From contig CAYQEJ010000003.1 in the NCBI GenBank assembly GCA_964416505.1, positions 54,034 through 118,033 of the forward strand: 64,000 nucleotides of DNA, given 5' to 3'. This DNA comes from an uncultured Gammaproteobacteria bacterium. Lineage in GTDB: Bacteria; Patescibacteriota; Microgenomatia; Levybacterales; UBA12049. Under the pieces are notes generated by a model. It was not told the origin of the DNA and made no database searches. It saw only the letters and a list, made by a program, of their open reading frames with translations. Shown one piece after another: positions 13,092-22,912 of the stretch; within the stretch, counting starts at the first letter, position 1; every line of letters starts with the position of its first letter. The translations under genes were made by a program, and so were the position numbers.

Positions 13092-15212
13092 TTAACTAAT
13101 TTGAGGCCAGTCTACTGTAATTAATAACCGAGTATTTCCCGATATTTTCCCGAATATTTCCTCTGTGATAAATGGCATGAAAGGATGAAGGAGTTTAAGG
13201 ATTTCAATATATACAGTTTTTAATATTATCCATGAATTTTCATTTTCATCTTTTTTTATATCTTCGATATAGACATCGGCTAACCTATGCCAAGCAAATT
13301 CATATAATCCTTCTGCTGCTAAATTAAGATTGAAGTTTTCAATATGTTTCGTGGATGTTTTTATGCATTCAAAAAGTTCTTTTACTAAATCTTTTTGGAG
13401 CTTGGTCTTTGCAATATTTTCAAGACTGCTTAACTCAATTACTTCAAATTTTTTGTTTTTATTATTTTCTGTAAACTCTATAAACCTACCCATATTCCAA
13501 ATTTTATTTGTAAAATTTCTCATTCCTCTTATTTTTTCTTCAGCAAGAGCCTGATCGTTTCCAGCTGCCGATCCAAAAATCAGAGCCATCCTAACAGCAT
13601 CCGCGGAGTATCTATCTACCATTTCCATAGGATTTACAACATTTCCTTTACTCTTACTCATCTTTTGACCCTTACCATCCCTAACCAGTCCATGATAATA
13701 AACAGTCTTAAAAGGAACTTTTCCCGTAGAATAAAGACCCAACATTACCATCCTACACACCCACCAAGGCAAGATGTCATAAGCAGTTTCCATGACTGAG
13801 GTTGGATAAAATTTTTCAAAATCCCCTTCTATGGTTGTTTTTAAAGTCGCAAATGGCCACTGACCTGATGAAAACCAAGTGTCAAAGGTATCAGAATCTT
13901 GAGTAAGACTTTTCGAGTTACACTTCGAACATTTTTCGGGAGTTTGGCCCTCTGTTACAATCCAGCTATGGCATTCATCACACTTCCAGGCTGGAATCCT
14001 AATCCCCCAAACAATTTGCCTACTTATATTCCAATCTTTAAAGTTCTCATACCATTGAATCATAATTTTTTCAAATCTTTTTGGAACTATTTTAATCTCT
14101 TTTTTTCTTAAAGCATCTATACTGGGCTTTGCTAAAGGTTTAACTTTTAAAAACCACTGCTCCATTGGAAGCGGCTCCAAAACTCTTCCACACTTATAAC
14201 ATGTTGCAACATTATGAAAATAATTTTCATCAATTTTTTCAATCAATCCTTTTTCTATTAAATCTTTAACAACTATTTCCCTTGCATCTTTAACCTTTAA
14301 TCCTTTGTACTTCCCGGCTATATCCATCAGTTTTCCATCAAAACCAATTACCTGCTTCATTTCAAGACTATGCCTTTTGCCAATTTCAAAATCTGTAAAA
14401 TCATGTGAAGGAGTTACTTTAACCACACCGGTTCCGAAAGCTGGATCTACTGCTTCATCTCCAACTACTTTTAGCTTAACCTTTCCTAAAAGACCTTCAA
14501 ATTCAATTTCTTTTCCAATATACTTCTTGTATCTTTTGTCTTCGGGATGAACAGCAACAGCTGTATCTCCAAATTTTGTTTCAGGTCTTACGGTAGCCAA
14601 GACGAAAGGACCATATTTCATATAATAAAGGGGGTCTTTTTGTTCGATATATTTAACTTCCAAATCAGAAAATCCTGTTCCGTCTTTTGTACAATAATTA
14701 ATGAGCTTTAAGTCTCTATATACTAATCCATCATCAAAAAGTTTTTTAAATGTTTCATAAACAACACTTACTACTTTTGGTTCAATAGTAAACTTCATTC
14801 TTGACCAATCCAAAGAAAAACCTAACGACCTCAATTGCGATTCCATTGTTCCCCGATTTCCTTCTACAAAATCCCAGATCATTTTATAAAGTGTTTCCCT
14901 ATCGTAATCAAAACGAGATTTTCCCTCTTTCTGAAGATGCTTTTCAAAAACAAATTGAGTCTCAAACCCTGCGTGGTCAGCACCAGGAATCCACAATGAT
15001 GCGTCCCCTTTCATTCTGTGGTAACGCACCAAAATATCTTCAACAACATACATCGCATGTCCAAAATGAAGAGGAGCATTTGCATTCGGAGGAGGAAGAA
15101 TTATCGTGAATGGCTTACCACTGGGATTTACTTCTGGCTTGAATGATCCAGACTCTTCCCAATTTTTATATATTTTCTCTTCAACATCTTTATGATTATA
15201 TGCCTTATCCAT
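13092..15212 (-). CDS. valS: Valyl-tRNA synthetase (short form, 706 aa)
   Basis: Class I HIGH region PPPNANAPLHFGHA (ValRS-type PPPN..G.LH.GHA), KMSKSKGNVVNP, and a CP1 editing region. It is about 150-200 aa shorter than typical ValRS, so the C-terminal coiled-coil or anticodon extension appears absent. Confidence 0.75.
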   Translation of the reverse strand: MDKAYNHKDVEEKIYKNWEESGSFKPEVNPSGKPFTIILPPPNANAPLHFGHAMYVVEDILVRYHRMKGDASLWIPGADHAGFETQFVFEKHLQKEGKSRFDYDRETLYKMIWDFVEGNRGTMESQLRSLGFSLDWSRMKFTIEPKVVSVVYETFKKLFDDGLVYRDLKLINYCTKDGTGFSDLEVKYIEQKDPLYYMKYGPFVLATVRPETKFGDTAVAVHPEDKRYKKYIGKEIEFEGLLGKVKLKVVGDEAVDPAFGTGVVKVTPSHDFTDFEIGKRHSLEMKQVIGFDGKLMDIAGKYKGLKVKDAREIVVKDLIEKGLIEKIDENYFHNVATCYKCGRVLEPLPMEQWFLKVKPLAKPSIDALRKKEIKIVPKRFEKIMIQWYENFKDWNISRQIVWGIRIPAWKCDECHSWIVTEGQTPEKCSKCNSKSLTQDSDTFDTWFSSGQWPFATLKTTIEGDFEKFYPTSVMETAYDILPWWVCRMVMLGLYSTGKVPFKTVYYHGLVRDGKGQKMSKSKGNVVNPMEMVDRYSADAVRMALIFGSAAGNDQALAEEKIRGMRNFTNKIWNMGRFIEFTENNKNKKFEVIELSSLENIAKTKLQKDLVKELFECIKTSTKHIENFNLNLAAEGLYEFAWHRLADVYIEDIKKDENENSWIILKTVYIEILKLLHPFMPFITEEIFGKISGNTRLLITVDWPQIS

Positions 15213-16153
15213 TAAAGCTTTCTAAGATCCTTTTCCATTTTTCTTAGCTCATTTCGAGATTTAAAAAAGAAATATCCTACAGTACCGAATGTGATAATCG
15301 GAGAAACATATGGCGGAACTTCAATGTGAAATGCGTGAAGAGACATAATAACTCCTAAGAAAAATATGGAATACATTGCACCGTTTTTTAAGAATTTATA
15401 TTTTTTGATTCGATCAATATTGCTTATTGTAAGCTTTCTTAAAATAAGTGCTCCGATTCCATTTCCAATTAAAATAAATGGCACTGAAAAAGTAAAAGCA
15501 AATGCACCGATTACTCCGTCTATTGAAAAAGTAGTATCTAAAACCTCAAGGTATGCTATTTTTGAAAAATCAGACATATTATTTGACTTATCTAAGAGCT
15601 TTGCTTCTTGTTGCTCTGCGTACTGTCTGAATCCATGAATTATAAAAAAAGCTGTAGAACCAAGAACCGCTGCAAAAGCGAGCATTCCATCTACCTGAAG
15701 AGCTAAATAAACAATAACTGCTAAGAGAATGGAAACAACTGCGAAAAACCACGCTCCCTGACTTTGGAAAAATCTCTCGCCTTTTAATCCAAAGTTTTTT
15801 GGTTCTAAAAATAACCAGTTAAAAAAGAGGAAAATTAAAAAAATTCCTCCTCCAAGGAGCAAAAGCGGAGCCGCATGTTCAACAGCTTCTTTTGCAGCCT
15901 CCGAGCCCTTAAAAGAGATTCCTAAAACTTCGATTGGACCCAAAGATGGAGTCGCTGCCCAAATAATTAGAAACGGCAAAAGTCCTCTAACTACAAAAAC
16001 TGCAAAGAAAAATCCATATGTCAAAAACCATCTCCTCGCCTTTTTGCTCATCCCAGACAAGACTTCAGCATTTATTACAGCATTATCGATTGAGGTAATT
16101 ACCTCAAAAAGACAAAGACCTAAAATTGTTAAAATTATAAATAATATTTCCAC
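15212..16153 (-). CDS. TerC/DUF475-family integral membrane protein
   Basis: Multi-TM protein with ITSIDNAVINAE near the N-terminus. Family call from memory. Confidence 0.55.
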   Translation of the reverse strand: MEILFIILTILGLCLFEVITSIDNAVINAEVLSGMSKKARRWFLTYGFFFAVFVVRGLLPFLIIWAATPSLGPIEVLGISFKGSEAAKEAVEHAAPLLLLGGGIFLIFLFFNWLFLEPKNFGLKGERFFQSQGAWFFAVVSILLAVIVYLALQVDGMLAFAAVLGSTAFFIIHGFRQYAEQQEAKLLDKSNNMSDFSKIAYLEVLDTTFSIDGVIGAFAFTFSVPFILIGNGIGALILRKLTISNIDRIKKYKFLKNGAMYSIFFLGVIMSLHAFHIEVPPYVSPIITFGTVGYFFFKSRNELRKMEKDLRKL

Positions 16154-16192
16154 GGTTTAATTTTACCAGATTTTGAGGCAAAAATCGAAGTT

Positions 16193-18781
16193 TTATCTTT
16201 GAGTAATCAAATATTCCAAATTAATGTCAGAGCTAATGCTTAAAGACTTAAACTTATCAAGATCAATAACTCTATGAGTTTCTAAAGTTTCAATTCCTAA
16301 GTCGAATGTATACGGATCAGCTCCTGGCTGCTTAAACACTTTAAGAGAATATTTTGCTGATTTTTGAGTTCTAGGAAATGAATATGGTAAATCATATGTT
16401 AAAACAATAGTTTTTAAACTATCCGCTGGAATACTTACAAGAAATCCTGCTATAGTTTTATTCATTTGATTTTTTTCATTTACCTCTATTCCTTCTGGTT
16501 GGTTAAAATTTCGTGATTCATAAACGGCAGGATCAGTTACTGCTTTTTCAATTTTTAATTTCGTTCCATCAATTGATATTGAATTTAGCTTTACTGCTTC
16601 TGGTAAAATTAACTGTAAGTAATTTTTATAATTTTTATCTTTAGAACTATTTTTGTAAACTATAGTTAATTCTGAAGAAATCTTTCCGTTTTGCTGAAAA
16701 TTTATTTTCTTAGAAACACTTTTTGCTACATACCTATTTACATCGCTCTTGCTCAGATTTGATTCACTAATTCCAAGATAGTCATTAATCTTATTGTTCT
16801 CTTTCTCCCTATTATCCCAAAGACTTGATGACCAATCGCTTGATGTAAATACATTTTGGAACGAAGGTTCTGAAAAGGCAAAAGTTAAATCCTTTTTTAA
16901 TATTGAAGATCCAATTTCTTTTAAAAGTTGAATTTCAGAAAAGTCTTTATTATTTCCTTTAAAAATTGCTTTTGATAGGCTCAAAGAAAGATTATTATTT
17001 CTATCAAAATCTTTTACGTTTTCGTGATTTATTTTTCCTACTCCATCTACGTCAACAGAACCAATCACGCTTAAAATATTTTCTAATACATTTATATTCA
17101 TACCAATTACACCATCAACTTTTTCTTGATTAACAATTGAATATATATTGGAAGCTGTGATTGCGTCGTTTACGAAATCAGGATCAGATCCACTGTCCTT
17201 TAATTTAAGATTTTCAATTGATAAATATCTATTTAACCAAAAAGGTGGATCAATTTTTGCGTTAAGCTTCTCATCAATTTCTTTTACATCATAAGATTTA
17301 AAAGAAACAATATCTAAGTTTTGAATTTCAACAGTAAGGTATCCGATAACCACACCACCACCAGGACGAATTTCATTTTTATCATGCAGTAAAATCAAGT
17401 ACTTTTTTCTTTCGTTTACACCTAAAACATCTGGAAGAATGTCTGCTGAATTCGAAAACAATGTAACTATTGGAGCTATATTATTTATGTCACTTTCCAA
17501 ATCCCGTGGCACAGTACCCTCTGCTTTTACTTTTTGATATAAAAATAATGAATTTTTAAAAAGATTAGATGCCTCAGTAAAATCTTTTTTGGGATCTAAG
17601 CTTTTCTTTTCATGGATATTCCTAATCTTCTCTCCCCCATCAATTAGATATTCACCTGCTTTAGAAATATCTTCTCCGGATCTTGCTTTTTTTCGAATTG
17701 ATTCTGCACCTTTTTGCATTCCTAGAAATTTACCTTCAATAACTAAAGGCTGTGATGTTTTATATGCGATACCAAAAAAAACTTTAGCGTTACTTAATTC
17801 TTTTTTAGTTTTTCTTAAATCCCCCTCATTTAATTTCTCCATTGCGGAATCTAAAGATCTTTTTCCCAATAACAAGTACGCTTCTGTAGTAAGCAGTGGA
17901 AGAAGCATCACGAAAAGAATCAATAAAATAAGTGCTAAAAATGGTTTAAATAAATTTTTTTTATTTGTCTTTCTTTGAATTACATTTATTTGACGATTTT
18001 CTGAATTTCCCAGATCTAAATCTTTAATTTTTTCTTCTAAATCGTATTTACTTAATGCATGCTGAGAATTTTTTGGGATATAAATTTTCTCATCTTTTTT
18101 TTCATTTCCAAAATCCACTTTGATATCTGGATCAATCTTCTTAAAAGTATTTGCAAGAGAGATGTCTGTAATTGGATGAGGCGGAAAAAGAAGTATGATT
18201 TTCTGACTAACATCTAAATACGACGCTTTAATTAAAAGCTTAACTGTATCTTCAAATGAAACAGGAAAACTTAATGCTAAACCATTTCCTGGAACAATTA
18301 TTTTTTTATTTTTTCTCGCTTGAAGTATAAATCTCCCAATTGATGAATTTTTATCAAATAAGATATTTTTATCAAATATATCTCCAAATATAAGAACCGA
18401 GGAATTTGTATAAGAAGAGATAATTTCCTCTGAATGTGATACGTCAATATTCCTTGTGCTCCCAATGAAATAAAAATTTGCACTACTTTCTCTTGCCTTA
18501 GAAATGAAAGACTGAGCAGATCTTCTAGTTAGCTTGTCCCCATCATCAACTAAAAAAATTTTAGAATATCTATTGTTTGGCGCCTGTGGAATTTTATTTT
18601 TAAAAGGAATTTGAATTATTTTTTGCTTTCCATTGCTTTTTCTTGATGATAATAAAACTACTAATGTATCTTTTGAGAACTCTTCAGCTAATCTCTCCCC
18701 TATTACGCCAATTCTATCGACAATCAGTACGGGAAATGTTTTAAGATCTGTCTCATGTGCTTTGAGAACGGGCAGTTTCAT
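16193..18781 (-). CDS. Large bitopic protein: cytoplasmic Rossmann-like N-domain, one TM helix, about 570-aa extracytoplasmic domain (DUF4012-like architecture)
   Basis: 862 aa, TM helix around residues 283-300 (LALILLILFVMLLPLLTT). No catalytic motifs recognised. Confidence 0.45.
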   Translation of the reverse strand: MKLPVLKAHETDLKTFPVLIVDRIGVIGERLAEEFSKDTLVVLLSSRKSNGKQKIIQIPFKNKIPQAPNNRYSKIFLVDDGDKLTRRSAQSFISKARESSANFYFIGSTRNIDVSHSEEIISSYTNSSVLIFGDIFDKNILFDKNSSIGRFILQARKNKKIIVPGNGLALSFPVSFEDTVKLLIKASYLDVSQKIILLFPPHPITDISLANTFKKIDPDIKVDFGNEKKDEKIYIPKNSQHALSKYDLEEKIKDLDLGNSENRQINVIQRKTNKKNLFKPFLALILLILFVMLLPLLTTEAYLLLGKRSLDSAMEKLNEGDLRKTKKELSNAKVFFGIAYKTSQPLVIEGKFLGMQKGAESIRKKARSGEDISKAGEYLIDGGEKIRNIHEKKSLDPKKDFTEASNLFKNSLFLYQKVKAEGTVPRDLESDINNIAPIVTLFSNSADILPDVLGVNERKKYLILLHDKNEIRPGGGVVIGYLTVEIQNLDIVSFKSYDVKEIDEKLNAKIDPPFWLNRYLSIENLKLKDSGSDPDFVNDAITASNIYSIVNQEKVDGVIGMNINVLENILSVIGSVDVDGVGKINHENVKDFDRNNNLSLSLSKAIFKGNNKDFSEIQLLKEIGSSILKKDLTFAFSEPSFQNVFTSSDWSSSLWDNREKENNKINDYLGISESNLSKSDVNRYVAKSVSKKINFQQNGKISSELTIVYKNSSKDKNYKNYLQLILPEAVKLNSISIDGTKLKIEKAVTDPAVYESRNFNQPEGIEVNEKNQMNKTIAGFLVSIPADSLKTIVLTYDLPYSFPRTQKSAKYSLKVFKQPGADPYTFDLGIETLETHRVIDLDKFKSLSISSDINLEYLITQR

Positions 18782-18793
18782 TATAATTAAATT

Positions 18794-19234
18794 TTAGGAA
18801 AGATTCAGATGATTGTCTAGCGCGATATTCACAAGCCTATCTGCTTTTTTATTCTTTTCCCTTGGAATATGAGTATAAGTTATTGGAAGTTTTATTTCAG
18901 CCTCTTTTTGTTTTGCCATAAAAAGTAGCTCTCGAAGGTTAGCGTTTTTAATTTTATATAGACCATTCAATTGAGATGCAGCCAAATTTGAGTCCATAAA
19001 AAAATCTATTTTTTTTAATATAGGCATTTGATTTTTGTTTTCTAGTACCCATTCTAATCCTTCAATTATTGCTTTGTACTCAGCAACGTTATTTGTAGCA
19101 ATCCCTATATAAACCCCGATTGCAGCTAATGTTTCGCCACTTTCATTTTCGATAAATGTTCCAGTTGCTGCATGCCCCGGATTACCTCTTGAACCACCAT
19201 CAGTATAGATTTTCAAGCTTGTTGAATTATTCAT
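18794..19234 (-). CDS. rnhA: Ribonuclease HI
   Basis: IYTDGGSRGNPGHAATG, NNVAEYKAIIEGLEW, and DS...N..AD.L are the catalytic DEDD signature of RNase H1. Confidence 0.8.
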   Translation of the reverse strand: MNNSTSLKIYTDGGSRGNPGHAATGTFIENESGETLAAIGVYIGIATNNVAEYKAIIEGLEWVLENKNQMPILKKIDFFMDSNLAASQLNGLYKIKNANLRELLFMAKQKEAEIKLPITYTHIPREKNKKADRLVNIALDNHLNLS

Positions 19235-19401
19235 TTTAATTTCCCGTTCTAATAAATTTTTTTTAGATTCGGCCTTAAAAAAGACAAATTCTAATATTTT
19301 TTTTGGAAAATTCTCTTCTTTTTGAAGTCATTCTATTATTATTAGAGACCCGTACCTTAAAAGTCATTTTAACAGATTCAAAGAGGATTTTGAGGATTAA
19401 A

Positions 19402-19851
19402 TTATTTAGGCTTTACAACAAGCGTTCTTTCTCTTCCTTCGCCTACTGATTCAGAAATCACATCAGAATCTTCTGCTAAATACATATGCACTTCACGTCG
19501 TTCCCAAGACTTTAAATTCGGTAAATATACTTCTCTTTGTTCATTTAAAACTCTCTCTCGTGTTTGCTCTGCCAATGTTTTTAAATAATCTGATCTATTT
19601 TTTTTATAATCCCCGACTTCCACACTTACTCTTTTAAATTCTCCTAATTTCTTAGCAATCATTAAAGAAAGAATCAATTGAATTGAATCAAGGGTGTCTC
19701 CGTGATGACCAATGATTAGACCTGGATCTTCAGAGTTAACAACGACATTTATTGACTCGTCATTTTCTGATACTTCAAATGAATCCTTTATTCCGAGGTT
19801 ATCAAAAAGATTTTGAATTATTTCTTTTGTAATTTTTTCGTTTTCTGCCAT
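19402..19851 (-). CDS. Jag/KhpB (EloR) family RNA-binding protein (KH + R3H)
   Basis: Follows yidC as in the conserved yidC-jag pair. C-terminal R3H-like segment. Overlaps the yidC 3' end by 34 nt. Confidence 0.7.
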   Translation of the reverse strand: MAENEKITKEIIQNLFDNLGIKDSFEVSENDESINVVVNSEDPGLIIGHHGDTLDSIQLILSLMIAKKLGEFKRVSVEVGDYKKNRSDYLKTLAEQTRERVLNEQREVYLPNLKSWERREVHMYLAEDSDVISESVGEGRERTLVVKPK

Positions 19852-20624
19852 AAATCTTCTAGGCCTCCTAAGCCCACGATTTTATATTGCTGTATGATAC
19901 CAAAAATTGTAAAAGTATTCCAGTATAGAGACAGTCCTACCGGAAATTGAAAAGAAAAGAATGCAATCATGATTGGGAAGATGTATGTAGATTGGGACTG
20001 GAAAGCCGAAGCAAAATCGTCATTCTTCTTTTTTACAGTAGTCTTTGGTGCTGAGAAAATCATTTTTGACTGAAGGAATTGCAATACTCCAGTAATCAAA
20101 GGAACCGATATTGCAACAATTGTTAAAGAATTTAATAGATGTGATGGGCTTTGTCCAATCGGAATAGTGAAAAATGTCGATTCCCAAGGATGCTGCAATT
20201 TTAATGGATTAATTACTATTCCATTTATATAGCTCACTACATCCGCGGAACTTTTATGAACCACATTATTTAAAACATTGTAAAGTCCCCAGATAACAGG
20301 AAGCTGTATAAGAGTTGGAAGACACCCTGCGGCTGGATTTACACCATGGTCTTTATAGAGCTTCATTGTCTCCTCTTGAATTCTTTTTCTATCTCCTTTG
20401 TGTTTTTCTTTTAGATTTGACAGGTGAGGAGCTAAGTCCTGCATTTTCTTAGATGCTTTTAGCTGAGCAGAAATAAGAGGATAAAGAATAATTCTTATTA
20501 CTATAGTCAATGTAATAATTGAGAAACCAAGAGGATAGGGAACATGAAGAGCCAAAAGTCCTTGATAGATTGCTACCAAAATATTTATTATCGGGTGTAC
20601 TATTAATAAATTAAATATTTCCAT
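19818..20624 (-). CDS. yidC: Membrane protein insertase YidC (short Gram-positive-type form)
   Basis: Five-TM core with the conserved C-terminal segment LYWNTFTIFGIIQQY and a basic tail. Lies in the rnpA-yidD-yidC synteny. Confidence 0.9.
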   Translation of the reverse strand: MEIFNLLIVHPIINILVAIYQGLLALHVPYPLGFSIITLTIVIRIILYPLISAQLKASKKMQDLAPHLSNLKEKHKGDRKRIQEETMKLYKDHGVNPAAGCLPTLIQLPVIWGLYNVLNNVVHKSSADVVSYINGIVINPLKLQHPWESTFFTIPIGQSPSHLLNSLTIVAISVPLITGVLQFLQSKMIFSAPKTTVKKKNDDFASAFQSQSTYIFPIMIAFFSFQFPVGLSLYWNTFTIFGIIQQYKIVGLGGLEDLWQKTKKLQKK

Positions 20625-20841
20625 TTATTTTTGCGTTATAAAACGGTTGGCATTTTAACAAACGATTGAATCCTAGCGCTAATCCTCTTAAAACTCCATT
20701 TTCCATTATATTTCTTTTCGTATATTCTGAACATGTTTCATCAAATCTGCAAAATCTAGAAACACCTAATACATTTTTTAAGAGCGTTGATAAGATTAAT
20801 TGATAAAAGGAGATTATGGTTACTAATGTATTTTTTATCAT
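20611..20841 (-). CDS. yidD: Membrane protein insertion efficiency factor YidD
   Basis: 76 aa with the CRFDETCSEY motif (haemolytic-domain family). Confidence 0.85.
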   Translation of the reverse strand: MIKNTLVTIISFYQLILSTLLKNVLGVSRFCRFDETCSEYTKRNIMENGVLRGLALGFNRLLKCQPFYNAKINGNI

Positions 20842-21164
20842 TTTAAATAATTATTTTCTTTAAAAGTCTTTTTTATTTCCTCTAAGACCCTCTGTCTTTC
20901 TGTATCCTTAGATATTTGACTCGGGTAAAATATAAAATCGTATCCTGGTTTTATATTATCAAATATTTCCTCTACACAAGATCTAACTTTTCTTTTAACT
21001 TCATTTCTTTGCGTAGATCTCTGATCAATTTTTTTAGAAACTACAAAAGTAAATCTACTAAGATTCAAATTATTTACTCCAATTTTTAGATTAAAAAGGG
21101 GAGTAGTGATAATTTTAGGATTTGTCAAATAAACGTTTGTAAGCCTGTTTGTTTTTCCAAGCAT
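20838..21164 (-). CDS. rnpA: Ribonuclease P protein component
   Basis: Basic 108-aa protein with the RNR-like motif RFTFVVSKKIDQRSTQRNEVKRKVR, located directly downstream of rpmH. Confidence 0.85.
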   Translation of the reverse strand: MLGKTNRLTNVYLTNPKIITTPLFNLKIGVNNLNLSRFTFVVSKKIDQRSTQRNEVKRKVRSCVEEIFDNIKPGYDFIFYPSQISKDTERQRVLEEIKKTFKENNYLK

Positions 21165-21298
21165 TATACTGTCATTTTTTTCCTGCCAGTAGCTCTTCTT
21201 CTTTTTAAAACTTTTCTACCATTAGAATCACTCGATCTTGCAAGAAATCCATGCTTCCTAGCTCTTTTTACTTTTTTAAGTTTTCTAAATTTTTCCAT
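21164..21298 (-). CDS. rpmH: Ribosomal protein bL34 (45 aa; absent from the ORF track)
   Basis: Manual translation of the reverse complement 21298->21164 gives [44 protein letters not shown]. This matches the bL34 consensus (..KR.RSHGFRARM.T.NGR.VL.RRRAKGRK.LTV). Its stop overlaps the rnpA start, the classic rpmH-rnpA arrangement. Confidence 0.85.
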   Translation of the reverse strand: MEKFRKLKKVKRARKHGFLARSSDSNGRKVLKRRRATGRKKMTV

Positions 21299-21361
21299 TT
21301 TATAAGAATAAAGTATATCAAAGTGGTTTATTTTTTAAAAGTGGTAAAAAAAGAGATACTT

Positions 21362-21427
21362 TTATCCACTTTTGCATTATTGAGGGAAGTAGGTTCGTTT
21401 GGTAAACTTTTAGCTATGTTATCCACA
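21362..21427. promoter_or_regulatory. DnaA-box cluster upstream of, and overlapping, the dnaA start
   Basis: TTATCCACT at 21362-21370 (8/9 match to TTATCCACA), a perfect TTATCCACA at 21418-21426, and weaker AGTGGT(A/T)A repeats between them. Confidence 0.4.
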
Positions 21428-22765
21428 TCAGAGCTCTGGAAAAAAATTCTTGCTGAAATTCAGACTGAAATATCAAGCGCAAATTATTTAACTCTTTTTA
21501 AAAATACCACATTAATTTCATTAGAGGATAGCGTAGCTACAATCGGAGCTCCATCTACCATGATAATTGACCTATTAAATAAAAGGTTTTATGAAATTAT
21601 AAAAAAAACAGTTGATAAGCATGTAGGAAGAGATACAAAATTAATATTTGTCCCAAAGACTCTTCAAGTAGCATCAACCAAATCCGCTGGTCCACTTTTT
21701 TCCAAATCAAATGAAAAACCTAAAGCAACAGTAGGACATCTTCCTAGAATTAGAGCTGATTACACATTTCAAAATTTTGCAGTTTCTGGCACAAACCAGC
21801 TTGCATTTGTTTCAGCAACAACAGTAGCCGAAAAGCCGGGAACAACCTACAATCCTCTTTTTATTTATGGGCCTGTTGGGGTGGGGAAGACTCATTTAAT
21901 GCAGGCTGTTGCAAACGAGCTATACTCTAAGGATCCAAGCAAAAAAATACTATATATAACAAGCGAGGAATTTACCAATGAGGTAGTAGAAGGTATCAGG
22001 GCAAACAATACTGCAGCCATGAAAAGGAAGTTTCGACAAGTTGACCTGCTTATGATAGACGATATTCAGTTTATTGCAGGCAAAGAAAGAGTTCAGGAAG
22101 AACTGTTTCACACCTTTAACATTCTTGTTGATAATGCCTCTCAGATAATCCTCACCTCAGATAGACCTCCCTCTGAACTTAAGAAAGTAGAAAAAAGGTT
22201 GGTTTCAAGGTTTTCCGGTGGACTTACCGTAGACATTGATTCTCCCGATTATGAACTTAGATGCGCAATTCTTCTTACCAAAGCTAAAAAGTTTAATTTT
22301 GATCTTGATATTGAAACTGCAAAGATTATCGCACAAAAAACAGAAGACACAAGGGAATTAGAAGGTCTACTTCTGAGAGTAATGACTGAAGCTTCCAGCA
22401 AGCAAATCGAGGCTTCACCTGATCTAGCAGAGACTGCACTAAAATCAAATGATGATATTAAAAAAGCCCTTTATCCCGAAGATGTGGTCAAAAGTATATG
22501 TGAGTTTTATCAAATTAAACCAACACAGTTAAAGGGATCAAAAAGAGATGCAAAACTAGTTAGAGCAAGACAGGCCTGCATGTATGTGCTAAAAAAAGAA
22601 TGCAATCTCACATACTCTGAAATTGGTAACTTATTGGGAGGAAGAGATCACACCACGGTTATGCATGGTGTTGAAAAAATAGATTCACTTTTATCAGCTC
22701 ACAAGCTAACAGAGGAGACATTGGGGATAAAAGAGCTAGGAATCAAATCTAGTGTTGAAAACTAA
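21416..22765 (+). CDS. dnaA: Chromosomal replication initiator DnaA
   Basis: AAA+ Walker A GPVGVGKTHL, box VII, and the C-terminal DNA-binding domain signature VMHGVEKI. Start placed at ATG 21416 (MLSTSELWKKIL...); the 55 upstream in-frame codons of the track ORF are AT-rich and not homologous. Confidence 0.9.
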   Translation: MLSTSELWKKILAEIQTEISSANYLTLFKNTTLISLEDSVATIGAPSTMIIDLLNKRFYEIIKKTVDKHVGRDTKLIFVPKTLQVASTKSAGPLFSKSNEKPKATVGHLPRIRADYTFQNFAVSGTNQLAFVSATTVAEKPGTTYNPLFIYGPVGVGKTHLMQAVANELYSKDPSKKILYITSEEFTNEVVEGIRANNTAAMKRKFRQVDLLMIDDIQFIAGKERVQEELFHTFNILVDNASQIILTSDRPPSELKKVEKRLVSRFSGGLTVDIDSPDYELRCAILLTKAKKFNFDLDIETAKIIAQKTEDTRELEGLLLRVMTEASSKQIEASPDLAETALKSNDDIKKALYPEDVVKSICEFYQIKPTQLKGSKRDAKLVRARQACMYVLKKECNLTYSEIGNLLGGRDHTTVMHGVEKIDSLLSAHKLTEETLGIKELGIKSSVEN

Positions 22766-22808
22766 GGCAAGTTTTACACATGGAAAAAACAAAAAAGTTA
22801 TTAACAGG

Positions 22809-22912
22809 TAATCCACATAACTTATCAACAAGATATCCACATTTTTCTGAGGCTGGCTCGTTGCTTTTTTCCACTTTTCCTGGTAACCTACTACAACTAC
22901 AAATTTATATAT
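22809..22912. promoter_or_regulatory. Candidate oriC core in the dnaA-dnaN spacer: three DnaA boxes and an AT-rich unwinding stretch
   Basis: TAATCCACA (22809-22817), ATATCCACA (22833-22841) and TTTTCCACT (22867-22875) are all in the same orientation. The run aaatttatatatatg follows at 22898-22912. Confidence 0.5.

Noticed and set aside
21251-21415. N-terminal 55 codons of the dnaA track ORF ([30 protein letters not shown]...)
   Set aside because: These codons are an AT-rich F/K-rich translation of the promoter and DnaA-box region. Homology to DnaA begins at M56 (ATG 21416).
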